This document shows positions 29,857-41,502 of a stretch of DNA of 64,000 bases, one piece after another. Under the pieces are notes generated by a model, which did no database searches, had not been told where the DNA came from, and saw only the letters and a program-made list of their open reading frames with translations. Source of the stretch: Alphaproteobacteria bacterium (GTDB lineage Bacteria > Pseudomonadota > Alphaproteobacteria > Bin95); contig OZ219786.1 in assembly GCA_964291285.2 (NCBI GenBank), positions 288,001 to 352,000 on the forward strand, read 5' to 3'. How positions within the stretch are numbered: position 1 is the stretch's first letter; each line of letters opens with the position of its first letter. The translations under genes were made by a program, and so were the position numbers.

Positions 29857-30915
29857 CTAGAGCGCGTCGGCGATGGCGCGCCCGAGTTCGACCGTCGTGC
29901 CGTTGCCGCCCATGTCGGGGGTCAGCGGCCCGGCGCCGGTGAGGACCGTCTCGATGGCGCGTTCGATGGCCCTCGCCGCGTCCTCGTGGCCCAGATGCTC
30001 CAGCATCATCGCGCCGGACCAGATCTGGCCTATGGGATTTGCGATGCCCCGGCCTGCAATATCCGGCGCAGAGCCATGGACGGGCTCGAACATGGACGGC
30101 ATGTCGCCCGACGGGTTGATGTTGGAAGACGGTGCAATGCCGATGGACCCGGCAACGGCCGGACCGAGGTCCGAGAGGATGTCGCCGAACAGGTTCGACC
30201 CGACAACGACGTCGAACCAGTCCGGATGCTGGACGAAATGCGCCGTCAGGATGTCGATATGGTACTGGTCCGTTGCCACATCGGGATATTCGGCGGACAT
30301 GGCCCGGAAGCGCTCATCCCAGTAGGGCATGGTGTGGATGATGCCGTTGGACTTCGTGGCCGAGGTAACTTTCCGGCGCGGGCGCGTTTCCGCCAGCTCG
30401 AAGGCGTAACGCAGGATGCGGTCCACGCCGCGCCGGGTGAACACCGTTTCCTGAACCACCGTCTCCGCATCGGTGCCCTCGTAGAGCCGGCCGCCGATCT
30501 CCGAATACTCGCCCTCGCAATTCTCGCGGATGACGTAGAAGTCGATGTCGTCCGGCCCCCGGCCCGCCAGAGGCGAACGGATACCTTTCAGGAGGCGTAC
30601 CGGACGCAGGTTCACATACTGGTCGAAGCGACGGCGAATGGGGATCAGCAGGCCCCACAGCGATACATGGTCCGGCACCGTCGGCCAGCCGACGGCGCCG
30701 AGGAAAATCGCGTCGAACGCCGCCAGGCGGTCGAGGCCGTCCTCCGGCATCAGGCGGCCGGTCTCGGCGTAGCGCTCGCAGGACCAGTCGAAGGTCTCGA
30801 AGTCGAAATCGATGCCGAAACGCCGCCCGGCCGCTTCCAGAATCCCGATGCCTTCAGGCACGACTTCCTTGCCGATGCCGTCTCCCGGAATGGATGCAAT
30901 GCGATAGCGGGACAT
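29857..30915 (-). CDS. Tartrate/D-malate dehydrogenase (decarboxylating)
   Basis: IPGDGIGKEV, PDHVSLWG, TKSNGI..MPYWDE, NLFGDILSDL, EPVHGSAPDI. Confidence 0.9.
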   Translation of the reverse strand: MSRYRIASIPGDGIGKEVVPEGIGILEAAGRRFGIDFDFETFDWSCERYAETGRLMPEDGLDRLAAFDAIFLGAVGWPTVPDHVSLWGLLIPIRRRFDQYVNLRPVRLLKGIRSPLAGRGPDDIDFYVIRENCEGEYSEIGGRLYEGTDAETVVQETVFTRRGVDRILRYAFELAETRPRRKVTSATKSNGIIHTMPYWDERFRAMSAEYPDVATDQYHIDILTAHFVQHPDWFDVVVGSNLFGDILSDLGPAVAGSIGIAPSSNINPSGDMPSMFEPVHGSAPDIAGRGIANPIGQIWSGAMMLEHLGHEDAARAIERAIETVLTGAGPLTPDMGGNGTTVELGRAIADAL

Positions 30916-31003
30916 GAGGCGCACTTTCCTGATCGGGACGCGCCGGTATCGATACGGCCCGCCGCATTGTCAACCCGTCCGCGCGGGTCTAAGAGGCCCG
31001 CCC

Positions 31004-31732
31004 ATGAATGACAGCCCCGCCGAACGAGCACTAACCGCCTTCCGGCAACGGATCGACCGCTGCGACCTCGCGATTCTGGAGAGTCTGCGCGAGCGGGCGC
31101 GGGTGGTCGAACTCGTCGGCGCGGACAAACGCGCCCGCGGCCTTGCCGATGTCTATCGCCCCGGACGCGAGGCCGCGCTGATGCGCCAGCTGGCCGCCGC
31201 CGACAGCACGCCCTTTCCGACCGCTTCATTGCTGAGCGTCTGGCGGGAGGTGATCGGAGCGAGCTTTACGATAGAGGGGCATCCGCTGCATGTCGTGAGC
31301 GGCAGCGCGAATGCCTGGGAACGCGCCCGGAACCATTTCCGTGCAGCCCGGCATTTCCGTGTTTCGGGCGCGCCCGCCGTCGTCCATGCCGTTGCCGCCG
31401 GCGAGGCCACTGTCGGCGTGGCGTCTCTCGACGATGACGAGCCCTGGTGGCCGTTGCTGGCCGAACTCGATCCTCCCCTCCACATTGTCGCCCGCCTTCC
31501 GTTCGCTCCCGGTCTCTACCCGGTAGGCGCGCCCGGCGCGCTCGTGATTGCGCGCAATCCGCCGGACCCGAGCGGCGACGACCTTGCCGTCGCCATTGCC
31601 GCCGAAGCCGCCGGCGAGATTCTGACCGCTTGCGGCGACCGATTTCTTGTTGCCGCAAGGGAGATCGGCGCCGATATGATCCCCGTCGGCGGCTATGCCG
31701 TTCCGATCGTTCTCAAGGAGACCGCAGGATGA
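31004..31732 (+). CDS. Chorismate mutase (alphaproteobacterial type)
   Basis: [20 protein letters not shown]; upstream of hisC-tyrA. Confidence 0.8.
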   Translation: MNDSPAERALTAFRQRIDRCDLAILESLRERARVVELVGADKRARGLADVYRPGREAALMRQLAAADSTPFPTASLLSVWREVIGASFTIEGHPLHVVSGSANAWERARNHFRAARHFRVSGAPAVVHAVAAGEATVGVASLDDDEPWWPLLAELDPPLHIVARLPFAPGLYPVGAPGALVIARNPPDPSGDDLAVAIAAEAAGEILTACGDRFLVAAREIGADMIPVGGYAVPIVLKETAG

Positions 31733-32802
31733 CCGTGCCTGCCCCCCGCGCCGGCGTGCTGGAGATTGCGCCCTATGTCGGCGGCGAAAGCGACATCGAG
31801 GGCGTCGAGAATATCGTCAAGCTGTCGTCGAACGAAAACGCGCTCGGCCCCTCACCGCACGCGGCGGAGGCATTCTCCCGCCTCGCTTCCTCGCTGCACC
31901 TCTATCCGGACGGCGCTGCAGAGGAGCTTCGCGCCGCAATCGGGGAAGTCCATGACCTCGACCCGGCGCGCATCGTCTGCGGCTCAGGTTCGGACGAACT
32001 CCTTTCCCTGCTGGCCCACGCCTATGCGGGGCCGGGCGACGAGGTGATCTACCCGGAGCACGGGTTCGCCATGTATCCGATCGCCACGCGCGCGGCGGGC
32101 GCCCATCCGGTCGTGGCGCCCGAGCGCGACTTCACCACCGATGTCGATGCGATCCTGGCGGCGGTCACGACGCGCACGAAGCTGGTCTTCGTCGCCAACC
32201 CGAACAACCCGACCGGAACCTATATCTCCGGCGAAGAACTGGCCCGGCTGCGCGACGGGCTGCCGGAGAGCGTGTTGCTGGTGGTGGACGCTGCCTACGC
32301 CGAATATGTCGGCCGCAACGACTATGCGGACGGGCGCGAACTGGTCGAAGTCGGCGGCAACACGGTCATGACGCGCACTTTCTCCAAGATCTACGGGCTG
32401 GCGGCGCTCAGGCTCGGCTGGGCCTATTGTCCGCCCAATGTTGTGGATGTGCTGCAGCGGGTGCGGGGGCCGTTCAATGTCAACGCTGCGGCTCAGGCCG
32501 CCGGCGTGGCGGCGATACGGGACGCCGGATATGTCGAATTCTCGCGCGTACACAATGACAAGTGGCTTCCCTGGTTGACGGATGAGGTCCGGGCTCTGGG
32601 CTTCGAGGTGCTGCCGAGCGTCGGCAATTTCATCCTGATCCGCTTCCCGGACGTGGAGGCCGCCCTGGCCGCCCTGCAGAGACATGGGGTGATCCCGCGC
32701 CGCGTCGCGGGCTACGGCTTCCCGGACGGCCTGCGGATAACGGTGGGGCGGGAAGAAGACAACCGCGCCGTCGTCGCCGCCCTCAGGACGCTCGTTTCGT
32801 GA
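31729..32802 (+). CDS. hisC: Histidinol-phosphate aminotransferase
   Basis: [34 protein letters not shown]. Confidence 0.92.
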   Translation: MTVPAPRAGVLEIAPYVGGESDIEGVENIVKLSSNENALGPSPHAAEAFSRLASSLHLYPDGAAEELRAAIGEVHDLDPARIVCGSGSDELLSLLAHAYAGPGDEVIYPEHGFAMYPIATRAAGAHPVVAPERDFTTDVDAILAAVTTRTKLVFVANPNNPTGTYISGEELARLRDGLPESVLLVVDAAYAEYVGRNDYADGRELVEVGGNTVMTRTFSKIYGLAALRLGWAYCPPNVVDVLQRVRGPFNVNAAAQAAGVAAIRDAGYVEFSRVHNDKWLPWLTDEVRALGFEVLPSVGNFILIRFPDVEAALAALQRHGVIPRRVAGYGFPDGLRITVGREEDNRAVVAALRTLVS

Positions 32803-33683
32803 CCGAGCCGATGTTCGAGCGGGTCGCGCTGATCGGGATCGGCCTGATCGGTTCGTCCCTGGCGAGGGTGATGCAGCGGGACAGCCTCGCCGGCAGCATC
32901 GTCGCCTGCGCCCGGCGCGCGGAAACGCTGGCCGCCGTCGAGAGGCTCGGGATCGCCGACGACACGACCCACGACCCGGCGGAGGCCGCCGACGGGGCCG
33001 ACCTCGTGGTCGTCTGCACGCCTATCGGCGCCTATGCGGCCATCGGCGAGGCCATTGCGCCCCGGCTCCGGAGCGGAGCGATTGTCAGCGACGTCGGCTC
33101 GGTAAAGCAGACGGTGGTCCGCGACCTCGGCCCTCACATCCCGGAGGGGGTGCATTTCGTGCCGGCGCACCCCGTAGCGGGCACCGAGCATTCCGGGCCC
33201 GAAGCCGGGTTCGCCGAACTCTTCCAGGGCCGCTGGTGCATTCTCACCCCGCCGCCCGGCACGGCGCCCGAGGCGGTCGAGAAGGTCGGAGAGCTGTGGC
33301 GCCGGGCCGGCATGATGCTGGAAACCATGACCCCGGCCCACCACGACCACGTGCTCGCGATCACCTCCCACCTTCCCCATCTGGTCGCCTTCTCGATCGT
33401 GGGAACCGCCGCCGACCTGGAACAGGACCTTCGCCAGGAAGTCATCAAGTTTGCGGCCAGCGGCTTCCGGGACTTCACCCGTATCGCGGCCAGCGACCCG
33501 GTCATGTGGCGCGACATCTTCCTCAACAACCGCCACGCGCTGCTGGATGTATGCGGCCGGCTGCTAGAGGACATTTCCCGCCTCCAGCGCGCCATACGCT
33601 GGGGCGAGGGCGAGGAGATCGAGCAGTTGATCGAAGCCTCGCGCGAAATCAGGCGGAGCCTGATCGACGCCAAACAGGCATGA
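32799..33683 (+). CDS. tyrA: Prephenate/arogenate (cyclohexadienyl) dehydrogenase
   Basis: [41 protein letters not shown]. Confidence 0.9.
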   Translation: MTEPMFERVALIGIGLIGSSLARVMQRDSLAGSIVACARRAETLAAVERLGIADDTTHDPAEAADGADLVVVCTPIGAYAAIGEAIAPRLRSGAIVSDVGSVKQTVVRDLGPHIPEGVHFVPAHPVAGTEHSGPEAGFAELFQGRWCILTPPPGTAPEAVEKVGELWRRAGMMLETMTPAHHDHVLAITSHLPHLVAFSIVGTAADLEQDLRQEVIKFAASGFRDFTRIAASDPVMWRDIFLNNRHALLDVCGRLLEDISRLQRAIRWGEGEEIEQLIEASREIRRSLIDAKQA

Positions 33684-34456
33684 CGGCCGTCGCCGAGCGC
33701 GCCTTCCGCGGTGAGCTCATCACCTTCCGGCGGCTTGATGCGCTCGACGCCTTGCTCGACCACGCGCGCGAGGCCGCCTTCGCCGCCTTCGAGGACCCGG
33801 TTCGGGACGAAGGCCGGCTGGACAGCGGGCTATGGCGCGAGAAGGCCGTGGCGGCGCGGCGCAGCTTCATGCACTCGGAGGCTGTGCCCGGCCTCCTGCG
33901 CAATCTCTTTACCGGGCTCGGCTTCGACCCGGAGACGACCTACCGCGACCGCGCGATCCTGCGCTTCCAGCCGGGGCGGGCGGCCTGCCGGACGCGCCGC
34001 CTGCGCGACCTGCCGCCGCACCGCGACAGCTGGGGCTCCAACATCATGACCCAGTTGAACTGGTGGGCGCCGGTGTTTCCGGTCCAGCCCGGCGCGACGA
34101 TGGAGATATGGCCCGGCTATTTCGACCGCCCGGTGCCCAACAGCAGCGCCGACTGGGACATCGACGCGCTCCGCGCCGCCAAAGGCAGTTATCCGCTGCT
34201 GCCGGAAGCCTCCCGGCCGGAAGAGGAAGGCGACCCCGTGCTGATCGAGCCCGGGGGACTGCTCTGCTTCTCCGCCGCGCATCTCCACGCCAGCCGGCCC
34301 AACGCGACCGGGCGCACGCGCATCAGTATCGACCTGCGCACCGTCGATGTCTCGGACGGCCCCGGCGCGCCCAATGTGGACGGCTGCGCGCGCCATACCG
34401 CCTATGACTGGTTCCACCGCCTCTCGGACGGCGCCTGCCTCGCCTCGGCCAGATAG
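33680..34456 (+). CDS. Hypothetical protein, putative Fe(II)/2OG oxygenase-like fold
   Basis: ATGA-coupled to tyrA; HxD (PHRDSW), distal His (HLHAS) and RxS (RISIDLR). Confidence 0.6.
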   Translation: MTAVAERAFRGELITFRRLDALDALLDHAREAAFAAFEDPVRDEGRLDSGLWREKAVAARRSFMHSEAVPGLLRNLFTGLGFDPETTYRDRAILRFQPGRAACRTRRLRDLPPHRDSWGSNIMTQLNWWAPVFPVQPGATMEIWPGYFDRPVPNSSADWDIDALRAAKGSYPLLPEASRPEEEGDPVLIEPGGLLCFSAAHLHASRPNATGRTRISIDLRTVDVSDGPGAPNVDGCARHTAYDWFHRLSDGACLASAR

Positions 34457-35205
34457 GCCGCCGTCTCCGCAAAGCCCCCGAACGGGAAGAAATGCAGGCC
34501 TTCCACGGACGGGGGCGAATCCCGCAGACCCGCAATCGGGGCGGCCGGAGTCCAGCGGCCGGCCATGCGCAGCAGGCGCCCGTCGCGCCACAGGCCGCGG
34601 AGCGAGCGCCCGACGCCGCACATCTTCGCGTATTTCAGCAACGCGCCGGGGCTCGCCACGCCGGGCAGTCCCACCCGGATCGGAGCGGTATTGCCGAGAC
34701 GCGCAATCCGTCCTTCCCAATCCAGCAGGGCTTCGGCCTCGAACACGAACTGCGTGACAATCGCGGCCTCGGCGCCGGCGGTGCGCGCCCTTGCGATCTT
34801 TGCGAGCAGCGCGGCGTCGCGGTCCTCCTCCGGGTGGCCGGCGAAATAGAGCCGTTCGAACCGCCCCGCCGCCGGCCCGATCAGGTCGCCCGCCTCGGAA
34901 AACGGACCAAGCGGCCCGCTGCGGTCTCCGCCGACCAGCAACGCCTCCCGCACGCCGACCGTGCGCAGGGCATCCAGATGCACGTCCAGCGCGGCCCGGC
35001 TCTCCAGATGGCGGGCGCCGATATGCGGCACCGGGGCCATCCCTGCACCCGCCAGGCGCGCCGCCGTCCTGACGATGTCGTGGAGCGCGCCATCCGGCAG
35101 ATGGGTGATGAAGACGCGCGTGCCCTGGGGCACCAGCGCCGCGAAGGAGCCGACCTTCCGGGCGCCGCCCGGTGTCGTCTCGATTGAAAAGCCGTCGATC
35201 TTCAT
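34402..35205 (-). CDS. Methylenetetrahydrofolate reductase family protein
   Basis: SIETTP, PVPHIGAR, AGHPE, VTQFVF, LKYAKMCGVG, HFFPFGG. Confidence 0.8.
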   Translation of the reverse strand: MKIDGFSIETTPGGARKVGSFAALVPQGTRVFITHLPDGALHDIVRTAARLAGAGMAPVPHIGARHLESRAALDVHLDALRTVGVREALLVGGDRSGPLGPFSEAGDLIGPAAGRFERLYFAGHPEEDRDAALLAKIARARTAGAEAAIVTQFVFEAEALLDWEGRIARLGNTAPIRVGLPGVASPGALLKYAKMCGVGRSLRGLWRDGRLLRMAGRWTPAAPIAGLRDSPPSVEGLHFFPFGGFAETAAYLAEARQAPSERRWNQS

Positions 35206-35374
35206 GCGGGGGAAGGTCCCGCGCCGATGCAGCCGCCTGCGGTCCACGCGCGACGAAGAGTTTCCCCTATGCGACAGCCTGTCGTGACGGGCATATTCGA
35301 TGTCGCGAATGGAACGCTTGCCGGCGGCAGCTTGCGGCAGGTTCCGCAGACCGATGAGGGAAGGAGCCCAGTCC

Positions 35375-37807
35375 ATGCGCACTCATGCCCGGGCAGTGGT
35401 TGTCGGCGGCGGCTGCGTCGGCGTCTCAATCGCCTACCACCTCGCAAAGCTGGGTTGGTCGGACACGGTATTGCTGGAGAAGTCCGAATTGACGGCCGGC
35501 TCCACATGGCATGCAGCGGGCCTGCTGCCGCTCTTCAACATGAGCTACAGCGTCGGCCAGATCCACAAATACTCGGTCGATCTCTACAAGACGCTCGAAG
35601 CCGAGACCGGGCAGGATGTGAGCTTCCACGTCACCGGCAATCTCAGGCTGGCGACCAATCGCGACCGCATGGACGAGTACCGCAAATACTGCGGCACCGC
35701 GAACACCATCGGCGTGCCGTTCGAGATGATCGGGCTCGACGACATCCGTGCGCTCTGGCCGCTGGCGAACACGCAGGGGCTGGTGGGCGCCCTCTTCCAC
35801 CCGCATGACGGCCATGTAGCTCCGGTGGACCTGACCAATGCGCTGGCGGCCGGCGCCCGCGCCGGCGGTGCGGAGATCCACCGGCACACCAAGGTCGTGG
35901 ATATCCGGCCGGAGCCGGACGGCGCCTGGCGGGTCGTCACGGACAAGGGCGAGATCGTCGCCGAGCATGTCGTGACGGCGACCGGCGCCTGGTGCCGCCA
36001 GACGCTGGCGATGGTCGGGATCGACGTGCCTGTCATCCCGGTGGAGCACCAGTATATCGTCACCGACTCCCACCCCGCGCTCACGGCCCGCCATGCCGAA
36101 GGGCTGCCGGAGATGCCGGTGCTGCGGGAGAGCGACGCCTCCTACTATCTGCGCGAGGAACGCGACGGGCTGATACTCGGCCCCTATGAAGCGGGCGCGC
36201 CGGCCTGCTTCGTGGACGGCGTGCCGGACGATTTCGGCCAGGAGCTGTTCCCCGGCGACCTGGAGCGGCTCGAGCCCCATGTCGAGGCGGCCATCGCTCG
36301 GGTGCCGATCTTCGGCGAGGCCGGCGTCAAGGATGTGGTGAACGGCGCCATTCCCTACACCCCGGACGGCAACCCGCTGATCGGCCCCGCATACGGGCTC
36401 AGGAACTTCTGGCTCGCCGAGGGCTTCAGCTTCGGCGTAACGGCGGCGGGCGGTGCCGGGCGCTTCCTCGCGGAATGGATGGAAGACGGCGAGCCGCCCA
36501 TAGACATGCTCGCCGTGGACCCCCGCCGTTTCGGCGCCTACGCCAACAAGAGCTATGCGGTCGAGAAGAACGAGGAAGCCTACCGCAACGTCTTCACCGT
36601 CCACTATCCCGACGAGGAGCGCCCCGCGGCAAGGCCGGCGAAGACGAGCCCCGTCCACAGCCGGCACGAGGCGGCCCGCGCCGTGTTCGGGCAGCGCTAC
36701 GGGTGGGAGCGGCCCAACTGGTTCGCACCTGCCGGGACGCCTGCCTGCGACGAGTGGAGCTTCCGGCGCACCAACTGGTTCGGCCCCGTCGGCGAGGAAT
36801 GCCGGCGCGCGCGCGAACGTGTCGGGCTGATCGACATCACCAGCTTTTCGAAGTTCCGGGTCTCGGGCTCCGGCGCTGAGTCCTTCCTCGACGGCCTGCT
36901 GGCGAACCGGATGCCAAAGAGGACGGGCGCGCTCCGCCTGGGCCATGCCCTGACCTCGACCGGCGGCGTCCGCTCGGAATTCTCGATCATGCGCGACGGG
37001 CCGGAAGAGTTCTATCTCGTGTCCTCCGGGGCCGCGGAGCGCTTCGACCACGACTATCTCGCCAAGGCCCTGCCCGGCGACGGTTCGGTCAGCCTGGACA
37101 ACATCACCGAACGCCACGGCGTGCTGGTGCTGGTAGGGCCTCGATCCCGCGACGTGTTGCAGAAGCTGACCCACACCGACCTCTCCAACGAGGCTTTCCC
37201 CTGGCTTACCGGCCGTCATATCCGCGTCGGCATGGCCCCGGTGCGTGCGCTCAGGGTCAATTTCGTGGGCGAACTCGGGTGGGAACTCCACCATCCGATC
37301 GAATACCAGACCGGACTCTATGACGCGCTCATGGCGGCAGGGGCGGAGTACGGCATTGGCGGCGTCGGCATGCGGGCGATGGAATCCCTCCGCGTGGAGA
37401 AATCCTACCGCATGTGGGGCATGGACCTGACGACGGAATATTCCGCCTTCGAAGCCGGGCTGGACCGTTTCGTAGCCCTGAACAAGCCGGACTTCATCGG
37501 CCGCGACGCGCTCGTCCGGCAGCGGGAGGAAGGCGTGCCGCAAGCGTTCGTGACCCTGGAAGTGGACGCGGAAGACGCGGACCCCTGGGGCAACGAGCCG
37601 CTATACCTGGACGGAGAGATGGTCGGCCGGGCGACCTCCGGCGTTTACGGCCATACTGTCGGCCGGAGCCTGGCCCTGGCTTATCTGCGCCCCGAGGCGG
37701 CGGCGATTGGCACCGGGCTCACCATCGACATCCTCGGCGCGCAGAGACCGGCCCGCGTCATCCCGGAATCGCCCCACGACCCCGAAAACGAGCGGCTCAG
37801 GGCGTAG
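35375..37807 (+). CDS. Dimethylglycine/sarcosine dehydrogenase-like GcvT-family flavoprotein
   Basis: VVGGGCVG, GSTWHAAG, YTPDGNP, GWERPNWF, GELGWELH, SLRVEK. Confidence 0.9.
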   Translation: MRTHARAVVVGGGCVGVSIAYHLAKLGWSDTVLLEKSELTAGSTWHAAGLLPLFNMSYSVGQIHKYSVDLYKTLEAETGQDVSFHVTGNLRLATNRDRMDEYRKYCGTANTIGVPFEMIGLDDIRALWPLANTQGLVGALFHPHDGHVAPVDLTNALAAGARAGGAEIHRHTKVVDIRPEPDGAWRVVTDKGEIVAEHVVTATGAWCRQTLAMVGIDVPVIPVEHQYIVTDSHPALTARHAEGLPEMPVLRESDASYYLREERDGLILGPYEAGAPACFVDGVPDDFGQELFPGDLERLEPHVEAAIARVPIFGEAGVKDVVNGAIPYTPDGNPLIGPAYGLRNFWLAEGFSFGVTAAGGAGRFLAEWMEDGEPPIDMLAVDPRRFGAYANKSYAVEKNEEAYRNVFTVHYPDEERPAARPAKTSPVHSRHEAARAVFGQRYGWERPNWFAPAGTPACDEWSFRRTNWFGPVGEECRRARERVGLIDITSFSKFRVSGSGAESFLDGLLANRMPKRTGALRLGHALTSTGGVRSEFSIMRDGPEEFYLVSSGAAERFDHDYLAKALPGDGSVSLDNITERHGVLVLVGPRSRDVLQKLTHTDLSNEAFPWLTGRHIRVGMAPVRALRVNFVGELGWELHHPIEYQTGLYDALMAAGAEYGIGGVGMRAMESLRVEKSYRMWGMDLTTEYSAFEAGLDRFVALNKPDFIGRDALVRQREEGVPQAFVTLEVDAEDADPWGNEPLYLDGEMVGRATSGVYGHTVGRSLALAYLRPEAAAIGTGLTIDILGAQRPARVIPESPHDPENERLRA

Positions 37808-38894
37808 ATGCCCCGTCTCCAAGGGAGATCCCGAGCGAACGCGCGGTGTGCACCAGCGGGCCGTCCAGATCGACGGCGGCGTAGGTCCTGATCGCATCTT
37901 CCAGCGGCACGTCGATAACGGTCCGGTTGCGCCACGCCACCAGCCGGTCGTGGCGGCCCTCCGCCAGGACATCCACGGCGTGAATGCCGAACGCGGAAGC
38001 GATGAGCCGGTCCTGGGCTATCGGCTTGCCGCCGCGCTGGATATGCCCGAGCACCGCAACGCGCGTCTCCGCGCCGGTCATCTCCTCCAGCCGGGCCGCC
38101 ACCCAATGCCCGATGCCCCCGTAGCTCGCCGTCTCGCCGGCGGCCTGGCGCACGGCCTCGCCCGTTTCGGTGCGCACGGCCTCCGCAACGACCACCAGCG
38201 CGAAATTGCGTCCATGCGCCTTAAGCGCCTGTATCTTCGCGGCGACATGCGCGAGGTCGGCCGGAATCTCCGGTATCAGGATGGCGTCCGCGCCGCCGGC
38301 AATGCCCGCCGAGAGCGCGATATGGCCGGCATCCCGGCCCATCACCTCCAGCACCATTACCCGGTCGTGGCTCGCCGCCGTCGGCTGCAGATGGTCGAGC
38401 GCCTCGGTGGCGGCTGCAACGGCGCTGGCATGGCCGACGGCCGACTCGGTCGAACCCACATCGTTGTCGATGGTCTTCGGGATGCCGACCAGGCGGATGC
38501 CGCCCTGCTGCGCCAGCCGGCGCAATATCGCGAAGCTCCCGTCGCCGCCAATGCCGATCAGCGCGTCCAGCCTCAATTGCCGGTAGCCATCGATGATCTC
38601 CTCGGACCGGTCGATCCTGGAGCCGTCGGGCATGGGGTAGTCGAAAGCGTCGCCCTTGTTGGTCGTGCCCAGCACGGTGCCGCCCATGCGAAGCAGCTGG
38701 CCCGTAAAACGCCTCGGGTCCAGCGTCTCGTATTGCAGTGGCCGCGACAACAGGCCGAGCGTGCCCTTCTGGATGCCGACGACCGTCCATCCGAGGTTCT
38801 CGTGCGCATGCAGCGTCACGGCCCGGACGGCGGCATTCAGCCCGGCGCAGTCGCCGCCGCTGGTCAGGATTCCAATGCGCCTTATCTCGCTCAC
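37797..38894 (-). CDS. pfkA: 6-phosphofructokinase
   Basis: ILTSGGDCAGLN, GGDGS, PKTIDND, EVMGR, LGHIQRGG. Confidence 0.93.
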   Translation of the reverse strand: MSEIRRIGILTSGGDCAGLNAAVRAVTLHAHENLGWTVVGIQKGTLGLLSRPLQYETLDPRRFTGQLLRMGGTVLGTTNKGDAFDYPMPDGSRIDRSEEIIDGYRQLRLDALIGIGGDGSFAILRRLAQQGGIRLVGIPKTIDNDVGSTESAVGHASAVAAATEALDHLQPTAASHDRVMVLEVMGRDAGHIALSAGIAGGADAILIPEIPADLAHVAAKIQALKAHGRNFALVVVAEAVRTETGEAVRQAAGETASYGGIGHWVAARLEEMTGAETRVAVLGHIQRGGKPIAQDRLIASAFGIHAVDVLAEGRHDRLVAWRNRTVIDVPLEDAIRTYAAVDLDGPLVHTARSLGISLGDGASTP

Positions 38895-38941
38895 CGTTCC
38901 AGCCTCTGCTATAGTGGATAGAGAGACGGAGCATAGGTGGA

Positions 38942-39151
38942 ATGTCCAGTCTGACGGAAGCCGACGCAAAAGCCGCGAGGCTCGCTGCGTTGCGTTCCGA
39001 ACATGCCGATCTCGACTATGCCATCGCCGCGCTCACCGAGAAGGTTCCGTTCGACCAGTTGCAGGTGCAGCGGTTGAAGAAACGAAAGTTGTGGCTGCGG
39101 GACATGATTGCGAGACTTGAGGCGCAAGGCCATCCGGACCTGATCGCCTGA
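38942..39151 (+). CDS. DUF465 (YdcH) family protein
   Basis: EHADLD...QRLKKRKLWLRD...PDLIA. Confidence 0.85.
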   Translation: MSSLTEADAKAARLAALRSEHADLDYAIAALTEKVPFDQLQVQRLKKRKLWLRDMIARLEAQGHPDLIA

Positions 39152-39211
39152 AGGGTATTTCCTGCGCCGGCCCGCCGCCGGCAGATTTCCAACAGCGAGA
39201 GGGACGGGATC

Positions 39212-39700
39212 ATGGGCGAGGCCGCCGTTCACATCGGTATCGTCATGGGCAGCCAGTCGGATTGGGCGGTGATGAAGCGGGCCTCGGAGACCCTCGAGGC
39301 GCTCGAGGTGGCGCATGAGTCGCGCATCGTCTCCGCGCACAGGACCCCCGACCGCCTCTACAGCTATGCCCGCTCGGCCCGCGACCGGGGCCTGATGGCG
39401 GTGATTGCAGGCGCGGGAGGTGCCGCGCACCTGCCCGGCATGGTGGCCTCCATGACGATCCTGCCGGTCTTCGGGGTGCCGATGCCGAGCCGGGCGCTGT
39501 CCGGCCTCGACAGCCTGCTTTCCATCGTGCAGATGCCGGCCGGAGTGCCGGTCGGCACGCTCGCCATAGGGGAAGCCGGCGCGGTCAATGCGGCACTTCT
39601 CGCGGCCGGCGTCGTCGCGCTTGGCGACCCGGCGCTTGCCGGACGGCTCCAGGCCTGGCGCGACCGGCAGACCGCCGCAGTCGCCGAAATGCCTCAATGA
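39212..39700 (+). CDS. purE: N5-CAIR mutase
   Basis: [28 protein letters not shown]. Confidence 0.95.
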   Translation: MGEAAVHIGIVMGSQSDWAVMKRASETLEALEVAHESRIVSAHRTPDRLYSYARSARDRGLMAVIAGAGGAAHLPGMVASMTILPVFGVPMPSRALSGLDSLLSIVQMPAGVPVGTLAIGEAGAVNAALLAAGVVALGDPALAGRLQAWRDRQTAAVAEMPQ

Positions 39701-40761
39701 CGCGCATTGCGCCGGGCGGCGCCATCGGCATTTTCGGCGGCGGCCAGCTCGGCCGCATGACCGCGCTCGCCGCAGCGCGCCTCGGCTATCGCTGCCATGT
39801 CTTCTGCCCCGAGACGGACAGCCCGGCGGCCGAAGTCTCGGCCGCGGCCACGGTCGCCGGCTACGACGACGCGGCGGCGCTCGATGCGTTCGCGGCGTCG
39901 ATAGACGTTGCAACCTTCGAGTTCGAGAACGTGCCCTACGAGGCCGTGGCCCGCGTGGCCGCGCAAGTGCCGGTGCGGCCCGGATGGGAGGCGCTTCGAA
40001 CCAGTCAGGACCGCGCCGTGGAGAAGCGCTTCCTAGGCGGCATCGGGCTCGAAACGCCCGACTGGATCGAAGTCCGCTCGGCCGCCGACCTCCGCCGTGC
40101 GCCCTGCCCCGGCATCCTCAAGACGGCAAGGCTCGGCTATGACGGCAAGGGGCAGTTCCGGCTCGACGAGGGCTTCGATGCCGACGCCGTCTGGGAAGCC
40201 TTCGGCGCCGAACGCGGCGTGGCCGAGGCGCTGGTCGATTTCTCGGCCGAGGTCTCGGCGATTGCGGCGCGGGGGGCGGACGGCTCCGTCGCCGTCTTCG
40301 ATGTCGGGCGGAACGACCACCGGGACGGCATACTGAGGCAGACGACGGTGCCCGCGCCGGTCCCGGACTCCCTGGCGGCGGAAGCGCAGGCGCTGGCGGC
40401 GCTGGCGGCGGAAGCGCTCGACCTTGTCGGACTTCTTGCGGTGGAGTTTTTCGTCACCCGCGACGGCAGGCTGCTTGCCAACGAGATCGCGCCCCGGCCG
40501 CACAATTCCGGCCACTGGACCCAGGACGCCTGCGGGACCGACCAGTTCGAGCAGTTCGTCCGCGCCGTCGCCGGCCTGCCGCTCGGCGACCCGGCGCGGC
40601 TGAGCGACGCCCGGATGGTCAACCTGCTCGGGGACGATGTCCGTTCATGGCCCGGCCTGCTGGCCGAACCGGGAGCCCGCCTCCACCTTTACGGGAAACG
40701 CGAGGTCCGGCCCGGCCGCAAGATGGGGCATGTGAACCGCCTCTCACCGAAATCGCGGTGA
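39697..40761 (+). CDS. purK: N5-CAIR synthase
   Basis: [33 protein letters not shown]. Confidence 0.95.
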   Translation: MTRIAPGGAIGIFGGGQLGRMTALAAARLGYRCHVFCPETDSPAAEVSAAATVAGYDDAAALDAFAASIDVATFEFENVPYEAVARVAAQVPVRPGWEALRTSQDRAVEKRFLGGIGLETPDWIEVRSAADLRRAPCPGILKTARLGYDGKGQFRLDEGFDADAVWEAFGAERGVAEALVDFSAEVSAIAARGADGSVAVFDVGRNDHRDGILRQTTVPAPVPDSLAAEAQALAALAAEALDLVGLLAVEFFVTRDGRLLANEIAPRPHNSGHWTQDACGTDQFEQFVRAVAGLPLGDPARLSDARMVNLLGDDVRSWPGLLAEPGARLHLYGKREVRPGRKMGHVNRLSPKSR

Positions 40762-41385
40762 AAAGGCCCGGAAGCGCGGCAACCGGCCGCCGCATCGCTG
40801 CAACCGCGCCCGCGCCTTGCCGATGCGCGCAACATCCTCGAGCCGGCGGTCCAGGAACGCCCAGGTCGCCTCCAGATCCTCGGACCGGTCGTTCAGCCAG
40901 ACTTGGAGAACCGCTGCGTAAAGGCCTGCCAAGGTCGCGCGCTTGGTGTAGTAGCTGAAGTCCGTGCTCCGGTCGTCGGCAAGCAGCCAGACCGCGTCCA
41001 CCGTGCGGTAGAGCGACCTCAGCGCCAGCGGCGCGTTATGCGGGAGCGACAGCCGGGCCGCAGCGCGGCGAATGGCCTCCCGGTCGGGCGCGTTCCGCTC
41101 CAGCCGCGCGCGAAGCGCAGCGCGTACGGTTGCGGCTGCGCCGGACGGAGCGGGTTCGAGCGCCGAAACGTCCTTGACCATCCGCCGGTCGGCGAGCGCC
41201 ATATGCACGTCGATCGCCTCCATCGGCCCGCGGGGAAAGAGCACCGCTGCCTCACGTTCGCCGAGGCCGGCAGCCCCGGCCCCGGCGCGGAGCACTGCCA
41301 TCGTCCAACCGTCGAAGGCGATGTGCGGCAAAGCCGCCTCCAGGACGCGCTCGCGCAACTGTTCCCTGCTCTCCTGTTCAACCAC
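40744..41385 (-). CDS. COQ9 family protein (rpsU-divergent)
   Basis: FDGW, VDAVW...DRSTDFSYYTKRATL, FLDRR; divergent from rpsU. Confidence 0.88.
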   Translation of the reverse strand: MVEQESREQLRERVLEAALPHIAFDGWTMAVLRAGAGAAGLGEREAAVLFPRGPMEAIDVHMALADRRMVKDVSALEPAPSGAAATVRAALRARLERNAPDREAIRRAAARLSLPHNAPLALRSLYRTVDAVWLLADDRSTDFSYYTKRATLAGLYAAVLQVWLNDRSEDLEATWAFLDRRLEDVARIGKARARLQRCGGRLPRFRAFSPRFR

Positions 41386-41502
41386 GGCGCACCTGCCCCG
41401 GTGGCGGACATATGGCCCATGCCGGTCCGCCCTTCTGCATTGCTGTCCTCCGTGCTATAAACACGCCCCTTCGAACCAATGCCAAAGGAGCAGTGAGCAC
41501 CC

